Of a stretch of 64,000 bases of DNA, positions 10,009 through 18,573 are shown in pieces; the first letter of the stretch is position 1, and every line of letters starts with the position of its first letter. Under the pieces are notes generated by a model. That model was given only the letters and a program-made list of their open reading frames with translations. It ran no database searches and was not told the DNA's origin. The DNA is from Sneathiellales bacterium (GTDB lineage: Bacteria; Pseudomonadota; Alphaproteobacteria; JANQFL01): the NCBI GenBank assembly GCA_028277845.1, contig JANQFL010000040.1:1-64000 (forward strand), in the 5' to 3' direction. Made by a program: the position numbers and the translations under genes.

Positions 10009-11244
10009 ATGACGGTACCGGCGGAAGAACGGGATGAACGCCTGCACGGGCCGCTGGTCGGCGTCCGGGTGATCGAGATGGGCCAGTTGCTGGCCGGCCC
10101 TTTCACGGGATCGCGGTTGGCCGATTTCGGCGCCGAGGTGATCAAGGTGGAGACGCCGGAAAAGGGCGACCCCATGCGCGAGTGGGGCCATCATCGTTAT
10201 GAAGGCAAGTGCCTGTGGTGGCCGGTCCTGGCCCGCAACAAGAAATCCGTTACGGCCAACCTGCGCGACGAACGCGGCCAGGACCTTGTGCGCAAGCTGG
10301 TCGCCCAATCGGATGTGCTGATCGAGAATTTCAAACCCGGCACGTTGGAGAAATGGGGCCTGGGCCCCGATGAACTGCACGCCATCAACCCGGGCCTGGT
10401 GATCGCCCGGATCTCGGGCTTCGGCCAGACCGGGCCGTATTCGGACCGGCCCGGCTTCGCCAGTGTCGGCGAGGCCATGGGCGGCCTGCGCCACATCAAC
10501 GGCTATCCCGACCAGCCGCCGCCGCGCACCGGTATTTCGCTGGGCGATACCCTGACCGGCATGTTCGCGGCGCAAGGCGTGGTCATGGCGCTCTATTGGC
10601 GGGACGGCGCCGGCAACGGCAAGGGTCAGGTGGTCGACGCCTCGATCATGGAATCGTGCTTCGCCATGATGGAAAGCTCGCTGCCCGAATACGACAAATT
10701 GGGCGTGGTGCGCGAACCCAGCGGCACCGGGCTGGCCAATGTGTCGCCGTCCAACATCTTCCCCACCAAGGACGGCAAATGGGTGGTCATCGCCGCCAAC
10801 ATCGATCCCATGTTCCGCCGCCTGTGCCAAGCCATGGACCAACCGGAGCTGGCCGACAATCCGCGCTATGTCGACCACAAGGCGCGGGGCGAAAACGCCG
10901 CCGAACTGGACGGCCGTATCGCCGAATGGACCAAGACCATGACGGCCGGCGAATTGGACGCACAACTCGACAAGCACGGCGTTGTCGTCGGTCCGATCTA
11001 TTCCATCGCCGATATCATGAACGATCCGCAATACCAGGCCCGCGACATGATCCGGCGCTATCAGGACGAAACCTTCGGCGAGCTGGCGGTGCCGGGCATC
11101 GTGCCCAGACTGACCGAGTCGGCCGGTGACGTGTCCTGGCTCGGGCCGCAGGACGTCGGGGCGCACAACGGCGAGATTTACGGGGGGCTGCTCGGCTTGT
11201 CCGAGACCGAACTGTCGGAGCTCAAACATGACGGCATCATCTGA
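10009..11244 (+). CDS. CoA-transferase family III (CaiB/BaiF) protein
   Basis: N-terminal GPLVGVRVIEMGQLLAGPF...KVE motif of family III CoA-transferases. 411 aa. Confidence 0.8.
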   Translation: MTVPAEERDERLHGPLVGVRVIEMGQLLAGPFTGSRLADFGAEVIKVETPEKGDPMREWGHHRYEGKCLWWPVLARNKKSVTANLRDERGQDLVRKLVAQSDVLIENFKPGTLEKWGLGPDELHAINPGLVIARISGFGQTGPYSDRPGFASVGEAMGGLRHINGYPDQPPPRTGISLGDTLTGMFAAQGVVMALYWRDGAGNGKGQVVDASIMESCFAMMESSLPEYDKLGVVREPSGTGLANVSPSNIFPTKDGKWVVIAANIDPMFRRLCQAMDQPELADNPRYVDHKARGENAAELDGRIAEWTKTMTAGELDAQLDKHGVVVGPIYSIADIMNDPQYQARDMIRRYQDETFGELAVPGIVPRLTESAGDVSWLGPQDVGAHNGEIYGGLLGLSETELSELKHDGII

Positions 11245-12160
11245 TCCGAACACATTCGTCGATATCTGCGAGGTCGGTCCTCGTGACGGCCTGCAAAGCG
11301 AGAAACGAATCTGGAGCGCCGGCGAGCGCGCCGAATTGATCGACCGGCTGGCCGCCACCGGTCTCGCACATATCGAGGCGGTCAGCTTCGTCAATCCCAA
11401 GCGGGTGCCGCAGATGGCCGATGCCGAAGCCGTGCTGCAAAAGGTCACGTGCCGCGACACGGCGACCCTGGCCGGCTTGGCCCTCAATCTGCGCGGCGTC
11501 GAACGGGCCGTGGACGCCGGCGTCGACGAAGTGCGCTATGTCGTCGTCGCTTCCGAGACCTTCAACCGGAAAAACCAGGGTGCCAGTATCGACGAGACGC
11601 TCGGTGCCTTCGAGGCCGTCGCCGCCCGGGTCGGCGACGCCGGTCTGAAACTGGCGGCGGTCATCGGCGCCTCGTTCGGCTGCCCCTTCGAAGGGGAGGT
11701 GCCGACGGAGCAGGTCGTTTCCATCGCCCGCCGCCTCGTGGCCGCCGGTGCCGGCGAAATCTACCTGGCCGACTCCATCGGCTGCGCCGTGCCCAATCAG
11801 GTCGCCGACCGCATCACCGCGGTCCGGGTGGCGATCGGGGCGGACGTTCCACTCGGCTGTCATTTCCACAACACCCGCAACACCGGCATCGCCAATGCGG
11901 CCGCGGCCGTCATGGCGGGCGTGCGCAAGCTGGATTCGTCGGTTGGCGGCATCGGCGGCTGCCCGTTCGCGCCGCGGGCCACCGGCAACATCTCGACCGA
12001 AGACGTCGGCTATCTGCTGCGCAACATGGGTTATGAGACCGGAATTGACCTCGATGCCTTGATCGCCGTTGCTGGCTGGACCGAAGGTTATTTCGACGCA
12101 CCGCTCCCGGGCCAGGTCATGAAGGCCGGCCTGTTCCCCGAGATCGCCGCCGCGCAATAG
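11228..12160 (+). CDS. Hydroxymethylglutaryl-CoA lyase-like (HMGL-like TIM barrel) protein
   Basis: VGPRDGLQSE...HFHNTRNTGIANAAAAV motifs of the HMGL-like family. Start ATG 11228 overlaps the CoA-transferase end. Confidence 0.7.
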   Translation: MTASSDPNTFVDICEVGPRDGLQSEKRIWSAGERAELIDRLAATGLAHIEAVSFVNPKRVPQMADAEAVLQKVTCRDTATLAGLALNLRGVERAVDAGVDEVRYVVVASETFNRKNQGASIDETLGAFEAVAARVGDAGLKLAAVIGASFGCPFEGEVPTEQVVSIARRLVAAGAGEIYLADSIGCAVPNQVADRITAVRVAIGADVPLGCHFHNTRNTGIANAAAAVMAGVRKLDSSVGGIGGCPFAPRATGNISTEDVGYLLRNMGYETGIDLDALIAVAGWTEGYFDAPLPGQVMKAGLFPEIAAAQ

Positions 12161-12400
12161 ACGTTCGCCGTTATCCTGGACGCACCGTGAACGGGATACC
12201 GTTCGCGGTGCCGCTCACAGTTTGGCCTGCGCCCGGTTCCGGTTCCATTCGCTGAACAGGACGTGGCACCGGACGTTCCGTCGCTTGCACGACAGGCGCC
12301 GCACGGCCGCTCTGCAGTTCGTCGAACTGCCGTTTGCTGTCGGCCAGCAAGTCGTCGAAGGGTGAGAAACGGCCGGATGCCATGACACGGTCTCCTGTAT

Positions 12401-13096
12401 TCAGTTGCCCTGGCTCCACCAGCGTTGGAAGCTCTTGTCGGATTCCGACAGGGCACTCACCTTGAGGGTATCGAGATAGTCCAGTACCTCCTGGCCCGGC
12501 ACCACGTCGGCGTATTTGGCGTCCATGTCGAACAGGTTGGCCTCGTGCGGGCCTTGCGCCCGGTCGCCGACGCCGTCCCGCACGACGATGGTGTTGTAGC
12601 CGTATTGCAGCGAATCGACCGCGGACGCGCGAACGCAGCCGCTGGTGGTGCAGCCGGTGATCACCACCGTATCGACACCCTGGGTCTTCAGATAGGTGTC
12701 CAGGTTAGTGCCGAAAAACGAACTCGCGTACTTTTTCGAAACGATGTAGTCGACGCTGCGCGGCGGGATCCGTTCATCGATCAAACACATATCCGATCCG
12801 CGGACCAATACGGCCAGCGACGGCACTTTTTTGATGAACACCCCGGCGTCGCGGAAATCCGGTTCGTATTCGATCGTGGTGAAGGCGACCGGCAATGCGT
12901 GATCATGAAACGCGTCCAGCAATTGCCGTGTGACCGCCAGTTCGGCGCTGAAATCGCCGCCCAGCGGCGACGACGGATCGGTGAATCCCTGAATGAAATC
13001 AACGATGAGCAGGGCCGGCCGCTCGCCGTATCCGGAGCGTTCGGCAAAGCCCTTGCTTTGATAACTCGCCAACGTGTCTTTTTGCCAATCGTTCAT
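12401..13096 (-). CDS. Isochorismatase-family cysteine hydrolase (N-carbamoylsarcosine amidase / biuret hydrolase-like)
   Basis: 231 aa. LLIVDFIQGF...VITGCTTSGCVRASAVD (catalytic Cys in GCxxxxCV context). Strong RBS GGGAGGA upstream. Confidence 0.75.
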   Translation of the reverse strand: MNDWQKDTLASYQSKGFAERSGYGERPALLIVDFIQGFTDPSSPLGGDFSAELAVTRQLLDAFHDHALPVAFTTIEYEPDFRDAGVFIKKVPSLAVLVRGSDMCLIDERIPPRSVDYIVSKKYASSFFGTNLDTYLKTQGVDTVVITGCTTSGCVRASAVDSLQYGYNTIVVRDGVGDRAQGPHEANLFDMDAKYADVVPGQEVLDYLDTLKVSALSESDKSFQRWWSQGN

Positions 13097-13285
13097 GGCG
13101 TGTCCTCCCGTGACCGGTGCATCTGATGGCGAACCTGACAGTAAGTATAGGCCGTGGGACGGATTCGTAAAATGCCGCGTGCCCCGTTGCCATGATCCCG
13201 ACTCGCGTGCAGACTAATGTGCAAAGCAACGACAACGCCGGAACAAGGCCAATCCCGGCGCCAAGAAAACAGGGAGGGTTCAGTC

Positions 13286-14344
13286 ATGAGCAGCGGTTCC
13301 CGTTATGGCCGTGCGCCCTACGGATCGGGCCAGGCACGCAATGTCACCGGCCCCCGGTACCAGCCCCGGCCATTGCTGTCGCCGTCACCGGCCGCCGCAT
13401 CGGTCGCGTCCCGCTCTCGCAGCACGGCCGGCGGCAAGAAGGAAATCCTGTGCGCCTTCGGCATCGACGTCGATGCCGTCGCCGGCTGGCTCGGATCTTA
13501 TGGCGGCGAGGATTCGCCCTGTGATATTTCCCGTGGCCTGTTCGCCGGCGAGGTCGGCACGCCGCGCCTGGTCGATCTGTTCGATCGGTTTCAGATTCCG
13601 ACCACCTGGTTCATCCCAGGCCACTCCATCGAAACCTTCCCGGAGCAAACCAGGATGGTGGTCGATGCCGGCCACGAGATCGGCATGCACGGCTATTCCC
13701 ACGAAAACCCCATCGCCATGACGCCCGAACAGGAAGAGGCGGTGCTGGACAAGTGCATCGACCTGATCGAGCGGGTTTCCGGCCGCAGCCCGACCGGTTA
13801 CGTGGCGCCGTGGTGGGAATTCAGCCCGGTGACCAACGAGCTTTTGCTCAGCAAGGGCATCAAGTACGACCACAGCCTGATGAACGACGACTTCCATCCG
13901 TTCTATGTCCGGGTCGGCGACAGCTGGACGCCGATCGATTACTCCAAACATCCGGACGAATGGATGAAACCGCTGGTGCGCGGCGTGGAAACCGACCTGA
14001 TCGACATTCCCGGCAGTTGGTATCTCGACGACCTGCCGCCGATGATGTTTATCAAGAGCGCGCCCAATTCCTTCGGCTTCGTCAATCCCCACGACATCGA
14101 GGAACTGTGGCGCGACCAGTTCGACTGGGTTTACCGGGAATACGACTACGCCGTCTTCACCATGACCATCCACCCCGACGTATCGGGCCGGCCGCAGGTC
14201 TTGTTGATGCTGGAACGGGTGTTCGAACATATCTCGAGCCACGCCGGCGTGCGCTTCTGCACCTTCGATGAAATCGCCGACGATTTCGCCCGCCGGCATC
14301 CGCGTGACAAGACGGCGCAGGGCGGCGCCGAGGCGGCGGACTAG
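13286..14344 (+). CDS. Polysaccharide deacetylase (NodB-homology) family hydrolase with a roughly 55-aa disordered N-terminal extension
   Basis: NodB motifs CAFGIDVDA and [12 protein letters not shown]-terminus [47 protein letters not shown] is low complexity. RBS AGGGAGG. Confidence 0.65.
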   Translation: MSSGSRYGRAPYGSGQARNVTGPRYQPRPLLSPSPAAASVASRSRSTAGGKKEILCAFGIDVDAVAGWLGSYGGEDSPCDISRGLFAGEVGTPRLVDLFDRFQIPTTWFIPGHSIETFPEQTRMVVDAGHEIGMHGYSHENPIAMTPEQEEAVLDKCIDLIERVSGRSPTGYVAPWWEFSPVTNELLLSKGIKYDHSLMNDDFHPFYVRVGDSWTPIDYSKHPDEWMKPLVRGVETDLIDIPGSWYLDDLPPMMFIKSAPNSFGFVNPHDIEELWRDQFDWVYREYDYAVFTMTIHPDVSGRPQVLLMLERVFEHISSHAGVRFCTFDEIADDFARRHPRDKTAQGGAEAAD

Positions 14345-14348
14345 GCCC

Positions 14349-14669
14349 ATGTGCGGCTTGTGCGGCGTGCTCGGCGGACGCGGGCACTGGACCGAAACTT
14401 CGACCAACCCGGACGCCTTCGCCAGCCGCACCGCCGCTCATACCACCGGGCGTGAACGCCAGGCGCGCACCGTTCTGGTCAATCGGGTGCTGAAACACTA
14501 CGGCCTCGGTCTCAAGGACTGGTCGGGCAGTTCCTATGTCCTGCGCAGCAGCACCGGCAAGACCGCGCTGGTCGACAATCTGACCCAGATGTGGGCCCAG
14601 GCCGAGTCGCTGACCGGTCGCGACTGCGACCCGCTGGACGACGCGTTGCTCGCGGCGTTGCGGCGCTAG
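14349..14669 (+). CDS. Hypothetical small protein (106 aa) starting MCGLCGV...
   Basis: ATG 5 nt after the deacetylase stop. Ends 12 nt before the COG0523 gene. GC3-rich codon usage. No recognisable family. Confidence 0.35.
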   Translation: MCGLCGVLGGRGHWTETSTNPDAFASRTAAHTTGRERQARTVLVNRVLKHYGLGLKDWSGSSYVLRSSTGKTALVDNLTQMWAQAESLTGRDCDPLDDALLAALRR

Positions 14670-14681
14670 AAAGGCCCCGCC

Positions 14682-15728
14682 GTGGATTACGCCGGTCTCA
14701 TTCCTGTCAATGTCGTGACAGGCTTTCTCGGCAGCGGCAAGACGACGTTGTTGCGCCGGCTTCTGGCGGCGCCGTCGCTCAGCGACACCGCCGTCCTGGT
14801 CAACGAGTTCGGCGAGGTCGGTCTCGATCATCATCTGCTGCAGAACGTCACCGAAAGCGCCCTGTTGCTGGACAATGGCTGCGTCTGCTGCGCCATCCGC
14901 GGCGATTTGCAGGATTCGTTGCGGCAGCTGTTTTCCCAGCGCGACCGCGGCGAGGTGCCGCCGTTCCGGCGCGTGGTCATCGAAACCTCGGGCCTGGCCG
15001 ATCCGGTGCCGATCGCCTACACCGTGCTGTCCGAGCCGGTGCTGCAGCATCACTTTCGCCTGGGCGCCGTCGTTACCACGGTCGACGCCGTCAACGGCGC
15101 CGGGCAACTGGCGCGCTTCGAGGAATCGGTCAAACAGGTCGCCGTGGCCGACCGCATCGTCGTGACCAAGGCCGACCTCGCCGATGCGGAAACCGTCGCC
15201 GCGTTACGCCGGGCCATCCGGCGCCTCAACGGTGCCGCGCCGATCATCGATAGCGGCGACGGCGGCTGGTCGCCCGAGCAACTGATCGTTGACGATATCT
15301 ACGATGCCGACGGCAAGGCGCGGGAGGTGGGCCACTGGCTCGCTGCGCAGGGCGAGGGGGCGGGTGCTGAGCATGGCCATACCGACGGTGTCTCGTCCTT
15401 CGCCGTCGTCTTCGATCGACCGCTGGACTGGACCGCTTTCGGCGTCTGGATGACCATGCTGCTCAACCGGCACGGCGATAAGGTGTTGCGAATCAAGGGT
15501 TTGCTCAATGTCTCCGGGATCGCCGAACCGGTGCTGATCAACGGCGTGCAGCACATCGTGCATCCGCCCGTGCACATGGACGGCTGGCCCGACGGCGACA
15601 GGCGCAGCCGCATCGTCTTCATTGTCCGCGGGCTCGAGCAGGCACGCATCGAGGCGTCGCTGAATGTCTTCAACGACATGGTCAATTCGTCTGCGGAAGA
15701 GACGAGCGGGCTAATCCGAGCCGGATGA
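14682..15728 (+). CDS. COG0523 (CobW/HypB/UreG-type) G3E-family GTPase, putative metallochaperone
   Basis: P-loop GFLGSGKTTLL, diagnostic GCVCCA (CxCC) motif, C-terminal CobW-C-like domain. Confidence 0.8.
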   Translation: MDYAGLIPVNVVTGFLGSGKTTLLRRLLAAPSLSDTAVLVNEFGEVGLDHHLLQNVTESALLLDNGCVCCAIRGDLQDSLRQLFSQRDRGEVPPFRRVVIETSGLADPVPIAYTVLSEPVLQHHFRLGAVVTTVDAVNGAGQLARFEESVKQVAVADRIVVTKADLADAETVAALRRAIRRLNGAAPIIDSGDGGWSPEQLIVDDIYDADGKAREVGHWLAAQGEGAGAEHGHTDGVSSFAVVFDRPLDWTAFGVWMTMLLNRHGDKVLRIKGLLNVSGIAEPVLINGVQHIVHPPVHMDGWPDGDRRSRIVFIVRGLEQARIEASLNVFNDMVNSSAEETSGLIRAG

Positions 15729-16241
15729 GCCGGGGCTGACGCGGGGCGGCGGGCGGCGGGTCTGCCAGCCGTCGCGGAAGGCGCGCACCACGTGGTGCAG
15801 CAGGTAAAACAGCACCGCCAGGATGATCAGCAGCACGATGGCGAGCAGCTTTTCGCCGAACCCCGAGCCGATCATCGCCTCTTGGCCCATCAGGTGCAGG
15901 GCCAGCATGGCGACGGCCTGCAGCGTCGCGCCGGCGCAGAAAATAACGGCGATCAGGATCGATATCTGCAATGTATCGAACACCAGGGCGCCGACGTCCA
16001 GGTCCTTGACATGGCGGATCAGGTTGCGCCGGAAGGATTGCCAGTGGGACACCGCGTAGGCCAGCACCCCGACCACCGAGGCGAACCAGAAAATCACATT
16101 GGTGAAGTGGATATTGGGGATGCTGCCGACCAGGAATTTCTCGAACGGGGCGTAAAAATACAGGAAAATCAAAAAGATAATGATTGCGATCAGGATGATC
16201 CAGAATCGCGGCCGCCGCCCGGTGGTGGTTTCTTCTGCCAT
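15711..16241 (-). CDS. Small integral membrane protein (about 4 TM), uncharacterised family; paralog of 29807..30289
   Basis: 176 aa. LIFLYFYAPFE...IFW...HW...ATLQAV..L motif block shared with the second copy. Divergent from hyuA-1. Confidence 0.55.
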   Translation of the reverse strand: MAEETTTGRRPRFWIILIAIIIFLIFLYFYAPFEKFLVGSIPNIHFTNVIFWFASVVGVLAYAVSHWQSFRRNLIRHVKDLDVGALVFDTLQISILIAVIFCAGATLQAVAMLALHLMGQEAMIGSGFGEKLLAIVLLIILAVLFYLLHHVVRAFRDGWQTRRPPPRVSPGSSGSD

Positions 16242-16501
16242 GGCCGAAACACTCGCCTCGCGTTGCCAGGGCTGCTCTGCCGTCAGCCTGCGAAAAAGGA
16301 TGGTAGCTTAATTCCTTGCGCTGTCAAATCGCTGACGGCTCGAGCGGCGCGCGATGCAACGGCTGGTGCAGCGCATTTCGAACAACCCGTTCAAGTTTGT
16401 TGACCGGGCCCCCCGCATGGAGAATCATGTAAGGGTCCAAACGAATAAACCGGCCGAACCGACGACAAGTTTGGACACCGGCCGCGTACCGGGGAGGAAG
16501 A

Positions 16502-18571
16502 ATGTCAGGCCGTCTCGGCATTGACGTCGGAGGCACGTTTACGGACCTCCTGTTGTTCGACGGCAGCACGGGCGCCATGCACCTGCTGAAGACGCCGTCC
16601 ACGTCCGACGACCAGTCCATCGGCATTCACACCGGCATTCGCGACATGGTACGCCGGTCCGGCATCGCGCCCGGACAGATCGATGCGGTGCTGCACGGCA
16701 CCACCGTGCCGACCAACATCGTGCTCGAGGAAAAGGGCGCTAAGGTCGGCCTGCTGGTGACGGAAAACTTCGAGCAGGTGCTGCATCTCGCCCGCTCGCA
16801 GACGCCGGGGCCGCTGGCCGGCTGGATCATCATGGAAAAGCCGGATCCGCTGGCCGATCTGGAATTCACCCGCGGCGTGCGCGAGCGCATGTCGGCCCAC
16901 GGCGACGTCATCACCCCGCTCGACGAGACCAGCGTCACGGCCGCGATCCGCGACCTGCTCGATGCCGGCGTCGAATCGATCACCGTGTCGCTGCTGCATT
17001 CCTACGCCAATCCCGATCACGAGCGCCGCATCAAGGCGATGATCGTCGACATGGATGCCGACATCCCGGTGTCGCTGTCGTCCGACCTGCTGCCCGAGTT
17101 CCGCGAATACGAGCGCACGTTGGTCACCGTGATGAACGCCTATGTGCGCCCCAGCATGCGCCGCTATCTGACCGGCTTCGAGGACAAGCTGAAATCCCTC
17201 GAGGTGACGCCGCACGTCAACATCGTGCGCTCCGACGGCGGGCTGATGAGCGTGCCCAGGGCGTCCGATTCGCCGGTCCACACCATGCTGTCGGGGCCGG
17301 CCGGCGGCGTGTCGGGCGCGGCCTATCTGGCCGGCCTGGCCGGTTATCCCGACGCGCTCGGTTTCGACATGGGCGGCACGTCCACCGACGTCTCGCTGAT
17401 CCAGGACGGCAAACCGACCATTTCGCGCCAGACATCGCTCGGCTACTACCCGATCAAGGTGCCCTCGGTCGAAGTGCACAGCGTCGGCGCCGGCGGCGGC
17501 TCCGTCGCCCACGTGCCGATGACCGGCGCGCTCAGGGTCGGGCCGGAAAGCGCCGGTGCCATGCCGGGCCCGGCCTGCTACGGCCATGGCGGCACGGCGC
17601 CCACGGTGACCGACGCCAACGTGGTGCTCGGCCGCCTGCCGCCGCAGCTTTTGGGCGGCGATATGGTCCTCGACACGGCGGCGGCGGAGGAGGTGATCAC
17701 CACACTCGGCCGCAAGATCGGCCTCGACATGCACGCCGCCGCGGAAGGCATTCTCGACATCGTCAACGAAAACATGTTCGGCGCCCTGCGCCTGGTGTCG
17801 GTGCAGAAGGGATTGGACCCGCGCGACTTCGCCCTCGTCGCCTTCGGCGGCGCCGGGCCGCTGCACGCCAACGCCATGGCGATGCTGGCCGGCTGCTACC
17901 CGGTCATCGTGCCGCCCACGCCCGGCGTGCTGTCGGCGCTGGGCTTCCTCTATTCCGACATCAAGAACGAGTTTGCCCGCACCTTCGCCCGCACCCTCGA
18001 CGAAGCCACGCCCGAGCAGGTCGGTGGCATCCTCGAGGATTTGCGGCGCGACGCGCGCGCCTGGTTGGCCGAGGAAGGCCTGGCCGAGGACCGTCAGACG
18101 CTCGGCTTCCAGGCCGACGTGCGCTATTTCCGCCAGGGCTACGAGCTGTCGCTCGACATCGACCCGGCGGCCATGCGCAACGGCGGCATGGCGGATCTGG
18201 CCGCCCGCTTCGGCGCCGCCCACGAACAGCTTTACGGCTTCAAGCTCGACCAGCCCGTGGAACTGGTCAATCTGCGTGCGGTCGGCAGCGGCCGGGTCGA
18301 CAAGCAGGCGGTGCCGCGCTTCGAGCCGGAGGGCGCCGACGCCGCGACGGCCAAGGCCGGCCAGCACCAGGTCTATTTCAACGGCGCCTTCGTCAATACG
18401 GCGGTGTACGACCGGGCCAAGCTGCGGGCCGGCAACCGTCTCGTCGGCCCCGCCATCGTCACACAGACCGACACCACCACGGTCATCCATCCCGGCCATG
18501 TCGGCGAGGTCGACGCCTATCTGAATATCCTCATCCATCGCGAGGGCGAAGCCCTGGCGGAGCGGCGCTGA
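16502..18571 (+). CDS. hyuA: Hydantoinase/oxoprolinase family A subunit (HyuA / N-methylhydantoinase A-like)
   Basis: LGIDVGGTFTDLLLF start and full-length hydantoinase_A domain architecture. 689 aa. RBS GGGGAGGAAG. Confidence 0.85.
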   Translation: MSGRLGIDVGGTFTDLLLFDGSTGAMHLLKTPSTSDDQSIGIHTGIRDMVRRSGIAPGQIDAVLHGTTVPTNIVLEEKGAKVGLLVTENFEQVLHLARSQTPGPLAGWIIMEKPDPLADLEFTRGVRERMSAHGDVITPLDETSVTAAIRDLLDAGVESITVSLLHSYANPDHERRIKAMIVDMDADIPVSLSSDLLPEFREYERTLVTVMNAYVRPSMRRYLTGFEDKLKSLEVTPHVNIVRSDGGLMSVPRASDSPVHTMLSGPAGGVSGAAYLAGLAGYPDALGFDMGGTSTDVSLIQDGKPTISRQTSLGYYPIKVPSVEVHSVGAGGGSVAHVPMTGALRVGPESAGAMPGPACYGHGGTAPTVTDANVVLGRLPPQLLGGDMVLDTAAAEEVITTLGRKIGLDMHAAAEGILDIVNENMFGALRLVSVQKGLDPRDFALVAFGGAGPLHANAMAMLAGCYPVIVPPTPGVLSALGFLYSDIKNEFARTFARTLDEATPEQVGGILEDLRRDARAWLAEEGLAEDRQTLGFQADVRYFRQGYELSLDIDPAAMRNGGMADLAARFGAAHEQLYGFKLDQPVELVNLRAVGSGRVDKQAVPRFEPEGADAATAKAGQHQVYFNGAFVNTAVYDRAKLRAGNRLVGPAIVTQTDTTTVIHPGHVGEVDAYLNILIHREGEALAERR

Positions 18572-18573
18572 CC

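Noticed and set aside
12161-12400. Possible small ORFs or terminator in the 240-bp convergent gap between the HMGL-like and isochorismatase-like genes
   Set aside because: The ORFs there (82-122 aa) are in frames without RBS and have odd composition. No clear GC-rich hairpin plus U-tract could be identified by eye.
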